Below, one piece after another: positions 53,461 through 64,000 of a stretch of DNA of 64,000 nucleotides. The translations under genes and the position numbers were made by a program. Each line of letters starts with the position of its first letter. Within the stretch, counting starts at the first letter, position 1. Source of the stretch: Octopus vulgaris (lineage: Eukaryota); assembly GCA_951406725.2 (NCBI GenBank), contig OX597821.1:102176001-102240000 (forward strand). Reading direction: 5' to 3'. Under the pieces are notes generated by a model, which was not told the DNA's origin, searched no databases, and saw nothing but the letters and a program-made list of their open reading frames with translations.

Positions 53461-54904
53461 ACACTTATATATATGATGATGATGATGATATATATATACA
53501 TACATACATACATACATATGGCACCACAACAGAATTGATTTCCTAAAACCAAGGTGCTACATGAAAAAGCACTGGTGTTGGTGCCACATAAAAAGCACCC
53601 AGTACACTCTGTAAAGTGGTTGGCATTAGGAGGGGCAGCCAGCTGTAGAAACTAAGCAAAAACAGACAATGGAACTGGGTGTGTACCCTGGCCTTGTCAG
53701 TTCCTATTAAGCTGTCCAACCTATGCCAGCTTCGAAAATGGACGTTAAATCATGATGATATATATGTGTGTGTGTGTGTATATACATAGTAATATATATG
53801 TGAAAAGGTTGAATTATAATTCATCCTTTTACTTTGGAGGGTTCCAAAAAAAGTGATTTCTAATAAAGATTCTTTATATTTTGCTGGTAGCTTACAGCCC
53901 CAAACTCTTGTTCTCGTTGCATTCTAGCAGCCTCCTATATACTACATTCACTAGCTTAATTTCATTCTCATGCATAAATTTTTTTTCAAGGACACACCAT
54001 ACCGAATATTGCTTGTAACTGTCAAGTCATATCCTAATTCAAACATAACTATGCTTTTTCCATTGGACATCTCTATAAAACCACTACATTTGTTCATCCA
54101 ATAAATGACTTATTTATCTACTTACTCTTCTATAGAGGGAATGTCTCTTAAAACCTTTTTCACTCATATTTTCAAATAACCGTTAGTTGCCTCAGTTTTA
54201 GCTTATACACAACTAAACTCACATTCTTTATTAAGATGCTCTCAATTTTCATAAGGATAAATATGTATATCCAAATTTGTTCTCTGCTATTTCCTTCATC
54301 AAGTCCTCTGTAATAATAATTTTTGATTATGCTTCTTGCACTGAGAAGAACAGTGATATGTAATTAATTTAATTTAATCAAATTAATTTAATTATACTAC
54401 CATGAATTTACATGTTAATATCGCTGTTTGAAATGATCGTATGTATGTACTAAAATTCTTTTAAATTTTAACATCTCTTCTCCATTTTTAACAAACTTGT
54501 TGAGTTCTATAGGATACCTTTCCATAAATTCACATAACACACTATATATATATATATATGATAGATAGAGAGAGATATATACTGGCTGCATGGTTAAAAA
54601 GAAGTTTGCTTTCCAATCATATGGTTTGGGGTTCAGTCCCACTGTGTAGCACCTTGGGCGAGTAAGTATCTTCTAGTATAGCCCTGAGCCAACTAAAGCC
54701 TTGTGAGTGGATCTGATAAGCAGAAACTGAAAGTAACCCATCATAAGTATGTGTGTGTGTGTCCCTGTGCATCACCCATCATACAAGTGGTGTCCCTCAT
54801 TTCTAATATCCTGTAAAAGCACATCTGCCCCATGGCAAAATATTACCTTGTTTGGAAACAGGTGAAGCTTGGCAACAGAAAGGGCATCCAACCGCAGAAA
54901 ATCT

Positions 54905-55257
54905 TGGTCGATGCCAGTGCTGGCTGATTGGTCCTGTACTGGTGGCATATACAAAGCACCATTCAAGTGTGGTTGTTGCCAGTGCCGCCTGACTGGCTCC
55001 CATGTGTTGGTGGCATGTAAAAAGCACCATTCAAGCATGGTCAATGGCAGTACTGCCTGACTGGCCCATGTACCGGTGGCATGTAAAAAACACCCACTAC
55101 ACTCATGGAATGGTTGGCGTTAGGAAGGGCATCCAGCTGTAGAAACTTTGCCAGATCAGATTGGGGCATGGTGCAGCCTTCTGGTTTGACAGCTCTCAGT
55201 CAAACCATCCAACCCACGCCAGCATGGAAAGTGGACATTAAACGATGATGATGATGA
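54905..55257 (+). mobile_element. 5'-truncated RTE LINE 3' end
   Basis: Tandem repeats, core ggcgttaggaagggcatccagctgtagaaa and a (gat)n tail. Confidence 0.85.
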
Positions 55258-55319
55258 AGCAGGAGTAAAGTGGACATTAAAAAAACTGAAGACAATGACA
55301 TTATACTTATCAAACTCAC

Positions 55320-55447
55320 CTGAGCCAAAGCTAGACAAACATGATCTCTGCTTAGATGTAAATTGCTAGGGAAATGTTCACTCATCTCTTGACAAAATTC
55401 CTCATCAATACTGACAAATCTCAGAAGGTTCAATGTTTGAGAAAGAT
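55320..55447 (-). CDS. GEMIN4: GEMIN4-like coding exon
   Basis: ttttctttgtag acceptor, CAG|GTGAGT donor, phase 1 to 0. Encodes (D)LSQTLNLLRFVSIDEEFCQEMSEHFPSNLHLSRDHVCLALAQ. Confidence 0.8.
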
Positions 55448-55652
55448 CTACAAAGAAAACTTTATTGTGTAAAATGAAGGAATTTCTGTGGCCATGATGT
55501 CTTGGCATTTAATTATAATTTATAGCAGTGTGCAACACAAATATTATTTCAATGACAAAATATCAAAAATTAATGTCATATAATACAAATTTTGTTGCTA
55601 GTTTGGATTTTAACCAAACGAGGAAGAAGAAAAGGATAAATTAAGTACATAC

Positions 55653-55710
55653 CACAGTCATGTAGTAAATTCTGTGTCTTGAGGAATTGACAGCAAATTG
55701 ACTGGTTCAC
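55653..55710 (-). CDS. GEMIN4: GEMIN4-like small coding exon
   Basis: ttccattctgcag acceptor, G|GTATGT donor. 58 nt, phase 0 to 1, exactly what the flanking exons require. Encodes VNQSICCQFLKTQNLLHDC. Confidence 0.75.
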
Positions 55711-55847
55711 CTGCAGAATGGAACGATTATCTTGTTATACACATCTGTAGTAATTTTCATCTTCAAATTGCAAAATGGTATTTTAAATCAACCAACATGT
55801 CCTTTAGTATGAAATAGAACATTCTGTTCTTTGCAAAAAGCACTCAT

Positions 55848-56090
55848 TCATCATCATCGTTTAGCATCCGCTTTCCATGCTAGCATGGGTTGGACAGTTT
55901 AACTGGGGTCTGGGAAGCCAGAAGGCTGCACCAGGCCCAGTCTTATCTGGCAATGTTTCTACGGCTGGATGCCCTTCTTAACGCCAACCACTCCATGAGT
56001 GTAGTGGGTGCTTTTTACGTGACACCGGCACAGGTGCCAGACGAGGTTGGCAAACGGCCACGATCGGATGGTGCTTTTTACGTGCCACAA
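55848..56090 (-). mobile_element. 5'-truncated RTE LINE 3' end
   Basis: (cat)n tail at the left end and reverse core. Another reverse copy follows at 56221-56500. Confidence 0.85.
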
Positions 56091-56559
56091 AAGCTGTCAG
56101 CTGTGCACCTCAGAATCTTATGAAATTCTATTCTCATCCTCCAACTACTTAATGACATTCAGGATTAAACCGATCTTGCAGATATAAAATTTTTAAAACT
56201 TTAAATATTTCAAACCAATTATCATCATCATTGTTTAACGTCTGCTCTCCATACTAGCATGGGTTGGATGATTTGACTGAGGACTGGCGAACCAGATGAC
56301 TGCACCAGGCTCCAATCTGATCTGGCAGAGTTTCTACAGCTGGATGCCCTTCCTAACGCCAACCACTCTGAGAGTGGAGTGGGTGCTTTTACGTGCCAGT
56401 AAGGTAACGCTGGTAACGATCACACTCGAATGGTGCTTTTTACGTGCCACCGGCATGGAAGCCAGTTAGCTGCTCTGATAACGATCACACTTGGAATTAC
56501 TCACGCTCGGATTATATTTTCCAAATTTAATAAAACATAATATTAATTATGTAAGTACA

Positions 56560-56594
<35 letters not shown>

Positions 56595-56696
56595 ATTATT
56601 TTAACCTCAATTCAGCCTTGAGTAAACAAACCTATGATTAAAGGCATTCCTACCATTTTCTTTTTATCTCTGATTACCTGATTAGCTTATACTTAC

Positions 56697-56791
56697 ATCA
56701 TTCTCATTTATACACAACAGCTTCCTAAGTCTGAATTTAACTGTCCAGTCCAAAGATTTTATTTCTTCTTTCAACCACAACACAATATTTC
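56697..56791 (-). CDS. GEMIN4: GEMIN4-like coding exon
   Basis: atttttacag acceptor, GAT|GTAAGT donor. Encodes (G)NIVLWLKEEIKSLDWTVKFRLRKLLCINEND, matching recalled Gemin4 WLHRKLEQLDWTVGLRLK. This is the strongest identifying motif. Confidence 0.82.
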
Positions 56792-56939
56792 CTGTAAAAA
56801 TGATCAGGAAAGAAACAAGAGAAAACAAATCAACATCTCCACATTTTATGAAATAAAATACAATCATAGCCTATGAAAACATATTTAAGATTATCTTTTC
56901 TTGTCTGATTTTATGATGTGTAATCTTTATACTTTAGTA

Positions 56940-57390
56940 GAATCACCATCCGAACGTGGTGGATGCCAGTGCCACCTTGACTGGCTTCTGTGTCAGTGGC
57001 GCGTGACCTGCTGTGCTTGAGGAGACTTATTGAGTCAAGTACATCAACATCAAAATGAATATCAAATGGAAATTGTAGTTGTGATACCTGTGCCGGTGGC
57101 ACGTAAAAGACACCATCCGAATGTGGCCGATGCCAGCTCCACCATGACTGGCTTCTGTGCCGGTGGCACGTAAAAAGCACCAACCGATTGTGGCCGCTAC
57201 CAGCCTCCCCTGGCACGTAAAAAGCACCCACTACACTCACAGAGTGGTTGGCATTAGGAAGGGCATCCAGCTGTAGAAACACTGCCAGATCAGACTGGAG
57301 CCTGGTGCAGCCTTCTGGCTTCCCAGAACCCAGTTGAACCATCCAACCTGTGCTAGCACGGAAAACGGACGTTAAATGATGATGATGATG
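56940..57390 (+). mobile_element. RTE LINE 3' fragment
   Basis: Tandem repeats, conserved core and a (gat)n tail. Confidence 0.85.
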
Positions 57391-58360
57391 ACGAATCCAA
57401 CATTTAGTAATTGGTCATAAAAAATTGACATAATTCTCTACGTATGGTTAAAAAGCTTGCTTCCCAACCATGTCGTCTTGAGTTCAATTCAACTGTGTGA
57501 CACCTTGGGCATGTCTTCTACTACAGCTAGGCCCAGGTTAATCAACAAATGCAGTGAATTTCAACCATAATATGCTAAGAAAAGGGTTAATTAAATTGGT
57601 CTTTTCTTCACCCATCATATATCTTTTTCCTTGTTTCATTCATTAGACTGTGGCCATGCTGGAGCACCATCTTGAACAACTTCAATTGAACAAATCAACC
57701 ACAGTGCTTTTCTTTTCTTAAAGCCTGGCACTTATTCTGTTGGTCTCTTCTGCTGAACTGCCAAGTTACTGGGATGTAAACTCACCAGCACCGTTAAGCA
57801 GTGGAGTGGGAGGCAAACACACACATTGAACGGGCTTCTTTCAGTTATAGTCTCACAAATCTACTCACGATGCTTTGATCAGCCCGAGGTTATAGTAGAA
57901 GACACTTGCCCATATGCCATGCAGTGGGACTGAACCTGGAACCATGTGCTTGGGAAGCAAACTTCTTACCACACAGCCATATTATATATATATATGTGTG
58001 TGTGGAAGGGTGTGCCTCTCAGGTGGAGGTCTAAAAAGACATGTTAAGAGAGTGTATATGGTGACACCTGTTTCTCCTGCCAGCCAACCAGCACAGCTGT
58101 CTAGCATATGATAAAATGTGTAAAAGCTTGGCTGGGCTTAAAAGTCATATAAGGGCATCACATGGCAAGAATCATGAATCATTTCAGTAAGTCTTCTTGG
58201 CAATGGCTTTTCTCGTGTAACGAGGATGCAGCTGTGATATATATATATATATATATATATAATTATTTGAGGGAATATTAATCCAAACTTACAGGGAAAA
58301 AAATTCAATTTAGAAATACTAAATCAAATTTCACACAATATAATATATATATATATATAA

Positions 58361-58500
58361 AAATTAGAAAAAAAAACACCTTTTATCAATTCAAAATGAA
58401 CAATTCTTATAATTTTAATATTTCTATTATATGTAATTTTCTAGATGGTGTAATTTAATCGTTCATTTTGAATTGATAAAAGGTGTTTTTTGTCTAATTT
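58361..58500. repeat. Inverted repeat (arms about 41 bp) embedded in (TA)n
   Basis: aaattagaaaaaaaaacaccttttatcaattcaaaatgaac pairs with gttcattttgaattgataaaaggtgttttttgtctaattt. Confidence 0.9.
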
Positions 58501-58733
58501 ATATATATATATATAGCTAACCTTGTGCAACATGAACAAAGTAAGCTCTTCTGTGGCACATATTATGAGCAGGCCTCTAGTCTGAGGATAATCCATAGCT
58601 CATGAATCTTGGGATACCCCCTCTATCCTTCCTATTGTCAGAAGTACTAAAGAGTGCTACTCCTTGTACCCAGATGAAATGACTGAAAAAAAAAGGTAAA
58701 CAAAGATGAATGAATATATAAATTCTGACTCAC

Positions 58734-59106
58734 CTTGAACAAGAGTATAATTGTTTATCAAGATCTCAACCACTTGATCTATTAAACTAATCAGCAGTGC
58801 TTTCATGTTGACCAATTGTTTTGCTTGGTTGACATCTTCCCAGAATTCAGTGCAGTCATTCAATGCATAACAGAACTGTAGAAGGACAACATGGAGCTGT
58901 ATGTTGTCAAGACACGATTTAATCTGGGATTCTTCACAGCTGAACACAACTGATGCCAAATGTAACAGCAAGACAGGGTTATGGAGGTGGCAGTCGGTTG
59001 AAGTAAGTAAATGAAGATGTGGTAGGATATAAATTCTGAGAATTTCAGTAGTCTGCAGGAGAATTTGTTTTATTCCATATTTTTGGCAAACACCTATGGA
59101 AAATGG
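58734..59106 (-). CDS. GEMIN4: GEMIN4-like coding exon
   Basis: catctccag acceptor, G|GTGAGT donor, 373 nt open. Encodes PFSIGVCQKYGIKQILLQ...VVEILINNYTLVQ. Confidence 0.8.
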
Positions 59107-59976
59107 CTGGAGATGAGGTGGGAAAAAGAAAGTAAACCAAAATATAAAAATCTTCATCATCATCATCATCAACATCATTCAACGTCCATTTTCTATGCTG
59201 GCATGGGTTAGATGGCTTGACAGGAACTGGCAGGGCCAGGGGGCTGCACCAGTCTCCATTGTCTGTTCTGGCATGATTTCTAAGGCTTAATGCCACCCCT
59301 AACACCACTTCATAGAGTGTAGTGGGTGCTTTTTACATAGCATCAGCACCAATGCTTTTTATGTGGCAAAGAACAATATAATATATAATTCTGCTAATAT
59401 AAGATTTCTGGGGGTTATTATACCCATCAGGCATGGTGGCTGTGTGGTTAAGAAGTCTGCTTGACAAAACTTGTGATCCTGGGATCAATCCTGTTGGGTG
59501 ACAGACAACATTGGATATGCAGAAAAGAAATATGAGTGCACAAGAAGTGCAGTTAGATTAGAGACAGGTTGACAGAGAAGGACTTTGTCTGTAGCAGTTG
59601 CAGTGTTAGTGTGCATGGGCTGAAAGGACAATTAAAAGGAATCAGATGTTGTGTGCAAGAGAGAAGGCTGAGCTGGTATGGACAAGGGATGTGTATGGAG
59701 GATGGCAGTTGAGAAGAGAGTTGTAAAGTGATCTGTGGGAAAGGAAGACAAGGGAAAACATGGTGAAAGTTGATCTTGAGATGCTGGATCTCATGAAAAG
59801 ATGGACAAGTGTCTGCAACAAGCAACAAGTGCTGTGTTGGAGATGACTCAGCCAACCCTTGCAAGCATAGAAAAAACAAATGTAAATATGTATCATCATC
59901 ATTATTTAATGTCTGGTTTCCTTACTGGCATGGGTTGGATGCTTTGACAGGATCTGACGAGCTACAGAACTGTCAA

Positions 59977-60201
59977 ACAAGGCGGCGAGCTGGCAGAAAC
60001 GTTAGCACACTGGGTAAAATGCTTAGCGGTATTTCGTTTGCCGCTACGTTCTGAGTTCAAATTCCACCGAGGCTGACTTTGCCTTTCATCCTTTCGGGGT
60101 CAATTAAATAAGTACCAGTTACGCATTGGGGTCGATACAATCGACTTAATTCATTTGTCTGTCCCCACTGTGTGTAGCCCCTTGTGGGCATTAAAGAAAT
60201 A
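59977..60201 (+). mobile_element. Complete SINE family B with 11-bp target-site duplication
   Basis: agaactgtcaa at 59966-59976 and 60202-60212. Inserted inside an older reverse RTE tail. Confidence 0.92.
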
Positions 60202-60895
60202 AGAACTGTCAACTTTGAGATGGCTTCAATGGCTGAATACCCTACCTAATACCAACCACTTTACATTGAGTATTCAATGCTTTTGTTTTCATGCAGCTAG
60301 TATTAGCCAGGCCACCAAATAACTTGCAACAGAAGTTGGGCCTTCGTAAGTGTCAACTATGGAGTGAGGAAGTATTTAAGAGGAAGAGGTGGTTTTATAC
60401 CAGGTGTTGAGAGGTTTAAGTATGATAGAGGGACAAACACAGGTGCCTAGCTATAGAGGAGATACATAGCTACCCAACATTATATAAGGGTGGATGGGAG
60501 TAGCTGGAAAGAAAATGGAGATGATGGTGACAAGATGCCAGAGCTGTTTAAGATAAAAATATGTGTGTCTAAGAGACAAGCCCTTTGGCGATATGCTGTG
60601 CCTAAGAAGACTCGTCAAGCCAAGTGAAATCTTAGTTGTGACCAATGGTGGTGTCATGTAACTGGCACCCATGCCAATGGCATATAAAATACATTCAATA
60701 TATTCTGGGAATAGTTGGCATTAGAAAGGGCATCCAGCCATAACGACTAAGTCAAAATCGAACTGGAACCTGGTGCAGCTCTCCAGCTTACCAGTTTTCA
60801 GTCAAACCATTTAACCCATGCCAGCATGGAAAGCAGATGTTAAATAATGATGATATATATATATAATTAACAAATATGTATTAAAATAATCATAC

Positions 60896-61072
60896 TGTTA
60901 AAAGCTGCTGCAAAAGTTTAATGAAAGTATTTTGCTGTTTTTCATCCATTGGTTCTGAGGAGGTAATTTCAAATAGCTGAGAACCAAGAAGACTCTCTGA
61001 TAGTAGATCTTCATCTTCAATGGTTGTATAACGTTTCTTAGACTTGCAAGAATTTGGTAACAGCTGCAACAT
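60896..61072 (-). CDS. GEMIN4: GEMIN4-like coding exon
   Basis: tttattttcag acceptor, ACA|GTATGA donor, phase 0 to 0. Encodes MLQLLPNSCKSKKRY...FIKLLQQLLT. Confidence 0.8.
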
Positions 61073-61206
61073 CTGAAAATAAAGGAGGAAAATAAAAGTG
61101 AAAGATGGATTTTCTTTAAATGTTCACCTTCCTAGCCCGCTACATTTATGCTGGGAAGTAAAAAGAGCCAATCTGCTCAAGAGAAAAAAAAACTGTTGAA
61201 TGTCTA

Positions 61207-61430
61207 TTAACTCTTGATACAAACCCACCGAGATCACCCATGGTTCTATGATACAAACTTCATGTTTCTAAAAATTCTAAATTAGAACCTTTCATCAAAA
61301 TTTCATATCAATTTATATTCAAAAACCAGCTCAATAATGACAAAATTATTTTACTAAATTCTTAATTACTTTAAAAAATTAATTGAAACAAAGACAGAGT
61401 ATTTCAGCAGAAATGTACCAAAATGGTTTA
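61207..61430. mobile_element. Second MITE-like family (probably piggyBac-type)
   Basis: Starts ttaactcttgatac and ends gtaccaaaatggttta. Related sequence lies near 12150, 21200 (reverse) and 36243. Confidence 0.5.
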
Positions 61431-61580
61431 TATATTTGTGTGGTTAAGCAGTTCCATCATATATATGTATATATATATATAATAATAGAAGGGTAAAATT
61501 TATTAATTAATTAATCAATTAACAATTTTAACAAGTAGATCGGTATGTTAAAATAACCTTTATAGGTAAAATTATCCACA

Positions 61581-61960
61581 TAATTATAACTAGGGTTCAG
61601 CTAACTGCTTCACCACATACCAAAATTAGAAATAGGAGTTAAAAATTCCTTTCCTGCTACTATAAGAATCTTCATGACGGTAAACATACTTTTTTATGAA
61701 GGCAAAGAGAAAAACGATGAACCAACGCGACCAGGATTAATTATATACGCGTTCCGAGATTATAGTAATTCAATTTTACTTACTTCTCTCTTCAGTATAA
61801 TATTTCCAATTTTTATAAAATTTGAAAGTGCTAGGGCTGAATATACACACAATTGAGTGTCATCATGTAACAGATATCCAACCAATACTTCTAAATTTTT
61901 AACTCCTGTTTCTAATTTCGGTATGTGGTGAAGTAGTTAGCTGAACCCTAATTACGATTA
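61581..61960. mobile_element. Element with about 67-bp inverted arms (class uncertain; MITE or Penelope-like inverted terminus)
   Basis: taattataactagggttcagctaactgcttccaccacatacc...ggagttaaaaatt (61581-61646) pairs with 61894-61960. Confidence 0.7.
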
Positions 61961-62685
61961 TCATCATCATCATCATCATCGTTTAACGTCTGCTTTCCAT
62001 GGGTTGGACGATTTTGACTGAGGGCTGGTGAACCAGATGGCTGCAATCTTGATCTGGCAGAGTTTCTACAGCTGGATGCCCTTCTTAACACCAACCACTC
62101 CGAGAGTGTAGTGGGTGCTTTTTACATGCCACCGGCATGGGGGCCAGTCAGGTGGTACTGGCAATGACCTCGCTCGAATCTTTCTACACATTCCACTGGC
62201 ACAGGTGCCAGTAAGGCGATGTTGGTAACGATCACGCTCGAATGGTGCCCTTTTACGTGCCACGGCACGGGGGTCAGTCAGATGGTACTGGCAATGATCT
62301 CGCTCGAATCTTTTTACACATGCCACTGGCACAGGTGCCATATATGTATATGTACATATCATGTACTTCCATACAATTTCTGCCCGGGATTAAGATCAAG
62401 TTCTGCTTATGATGTGCTTGTTTCCAGGCAGGGTGTTCAATTCTGCATGTTTCAGTTGCTTTACAACCATTGTGTGTGTGTGTGTGTGTGCATAGATATA
62501 TGTACATTTAAACAATCAAGGAAAGGTAACTCCTGCTATAATATGTCAAAATATCATGGGAAGAGTGTGAAAAATTAATATAACCTTTTAACTTTACATA
62601 CAATAGCAACATCGGTTGTTAAGCAATGTTGGAGGTACAAACACAGATATAATCACACATAAATATATATATATATGTGTGTGTG

Positions 62686-62948
62686 GAGGCGCAATGGCCT
62701 AGTGGTTAGGGCAGCGGACTCGCGGTTTCGATTCCCAGACCGGGTGTTGTGAGTGTTTATTGAGTGAAAACACCTACAAGCTCCTAGAGGCTCCGGCAGG
62801 GGGTGGTGATCCCTGCTGTACTCTTTCTTCTGTTGGCCTGCTCGCTTAGCCAGCGGGGTGGCGTCATTCAAAGGCTAAAACAATGCGAATGCATTGTGAC
62901 CAGCGATGTGTAACTACATCTGATGGACTGGTCGGTCACGTCACGTGA
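62686..62948 (+). mobile_element. GC-rich tRNA-derived SINE family C nested in the (TA)n tract of a reverse SINE A
   Basis: A-box tggcctagtgg, B-box ggtttcgattccc, CpGs retained. Host SINE halves are at about 62600-62685 and 62949-63085. Confidence 0.85.
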
Positions 62949-63289
62949 TATATATATACGACGGGTTTCTTTCAGTTTCCGTCTACCAAATCCACTCACA
63001 AGGCTTTGGTTGGGCCCGAGGTTATAGTAGAAGACACTTGGCCAAAGTGCCATGCAGTGGGATTGAACCCAGAACCACACAGCCTATACACATAGGGTCA
63101 AAAACAAGAATATGTTGAGCAAATTCCATGCCAATCACTCATGTGGCTTTTGTTTTAATTTTGTTAAGGATATCTGCCTGTGGAGTAGCAGTACTATCTC
63201 AGATGGAGGGGGGGGGTTGTTCCATTGTGAGGAACACTTGAGCTCTGTATAAGGAATGGTATTGTAAGAATTAAGTTTTACAGTCTTAC

Positions 63290-63397
63290 TTTAACGATGA
63301 CATCCATTTGTTTGGGATTTCTGAGAGCAGTGGCAACAGAGATCTTTATTATTGATTCGATATCCAACAAAGCATACTGGGAAATTTTGTAAGGAAT
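63290..63397 (-). CDS. GEMIN4: GEMIN4-like coding exon (most 5' exon visible; gene continues beyond the window)
   Basis: ttatcctttcag acceptor, AAA|GTAAGA donor, 108 nt, phase 0 to 0. Encodes IPYKISQYALLDIESIIKISVATALRNPKQMDVIVK. Confidence 0.78.
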
Positions 63398-64000
63398 CTG
63401 AAAGGATAAACACACAAAAGAGTCAAAACAGTACCAGAGAAAAATAGTCGTCTCCTTTGTCAAAAAAAAAAGAGAAAAAATCCCCCCAAAACCTGCACAT
63501 AAAAACTGAGCACTATCCATGTTTGGGAGCCAGTCAGGTGGCACTGGCATCAGCCACAACTACAATTTCCATTTTGATTTCAATTTGATTGAGATTCTGA
63601 TTGTGATTTTTGATTTTGATTTTACTTGACTCAATAGGTCTCCTCAAGCAAGGTGTGTCACCTGACGATTCAAAGGCACTTTTTAAATGGGCTGGTTATG
63701 CAACACTGGTATAGGCTACGGCTGTGATCTCACTTTACTTGCTGGGTCTTCTCAATCACTGCATATCTCCAGATGTTATGGTCCCGTCATTGCCTCTGTG
63801 AGGCTCAACATTCCACAAATTTTTGAAGAAAGAGAATGAATAGAGACAAACAGCAACTGATGACTGTGTTTAATAATATGACTATTCCAAAATATAACAA
63901 TATGAAACCAGCAACAGTGTATTTACATTAACCCTGGAGCATTCACATTACTCTGTCAAATGTGATCTAATTTATTCACACTGTTTTGAATTGATCATGC

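Noticed and set aside
56792-56870. Upstream extension of the 56697-56791 exon (ORF MIVFYFIKC...)
   Set aside because: The acceptor at 56871 gives a stop in the required phase. The acceptor at 56792 fits.
62686-62740. tRNA-like sequence
   Set aside because: A and B boxes are present, but the anticodon arm is missing and the sequence continues into a SINE body. It is a SINE head, not a tRNA gene.

Overview
AT-rich, repeat-dense eukaryotic genomic DNA. The SINE, RTE-LINE, mariner and Helitron families and the (TA)/(TG) microsatellites look like those of an octopus (coleoid cephalopod); this is recognition from memory, not a database result. Three spliced protein-coding loci can be reconstructed by hand with consistent GT-AG phases. 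(1) The last four coding exons of WAC on + (3521-8027), followed by a possibly very long 3' UTR that contains perfect hairpins. (2) A two-exon + strand gene (38001-40770) encoding an unrecognised 218-aa disordered protein with a single C-terminal transmembrane helix. (3) The last nine coding exons of a GEMIN4-like gene on - (63397 to 49258, 549 aa). Most of the remainder is transposon-derived: tRNA-derived SINEs, many 5'-truncated RTE LINE tails, one larger RTE fragment, mariner and piggyBac-type MITEs, Helitron ends, Penelope-like remnants and several foldback structures. A 3.2-kb nested insertion block splits one SINE. Almost all long ORFs in the supplied track are microsatellite or repeat artefacts. 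No CRISPR array, rRNA or functional tRNA was found, and I cannot claim a new multi-gene system. The best novelty candidates are the orphan tail-anchored gene, the RNA-structure elements downstream of the WAC stop, and the inverted repeats bracketing GEMIN4 exons.
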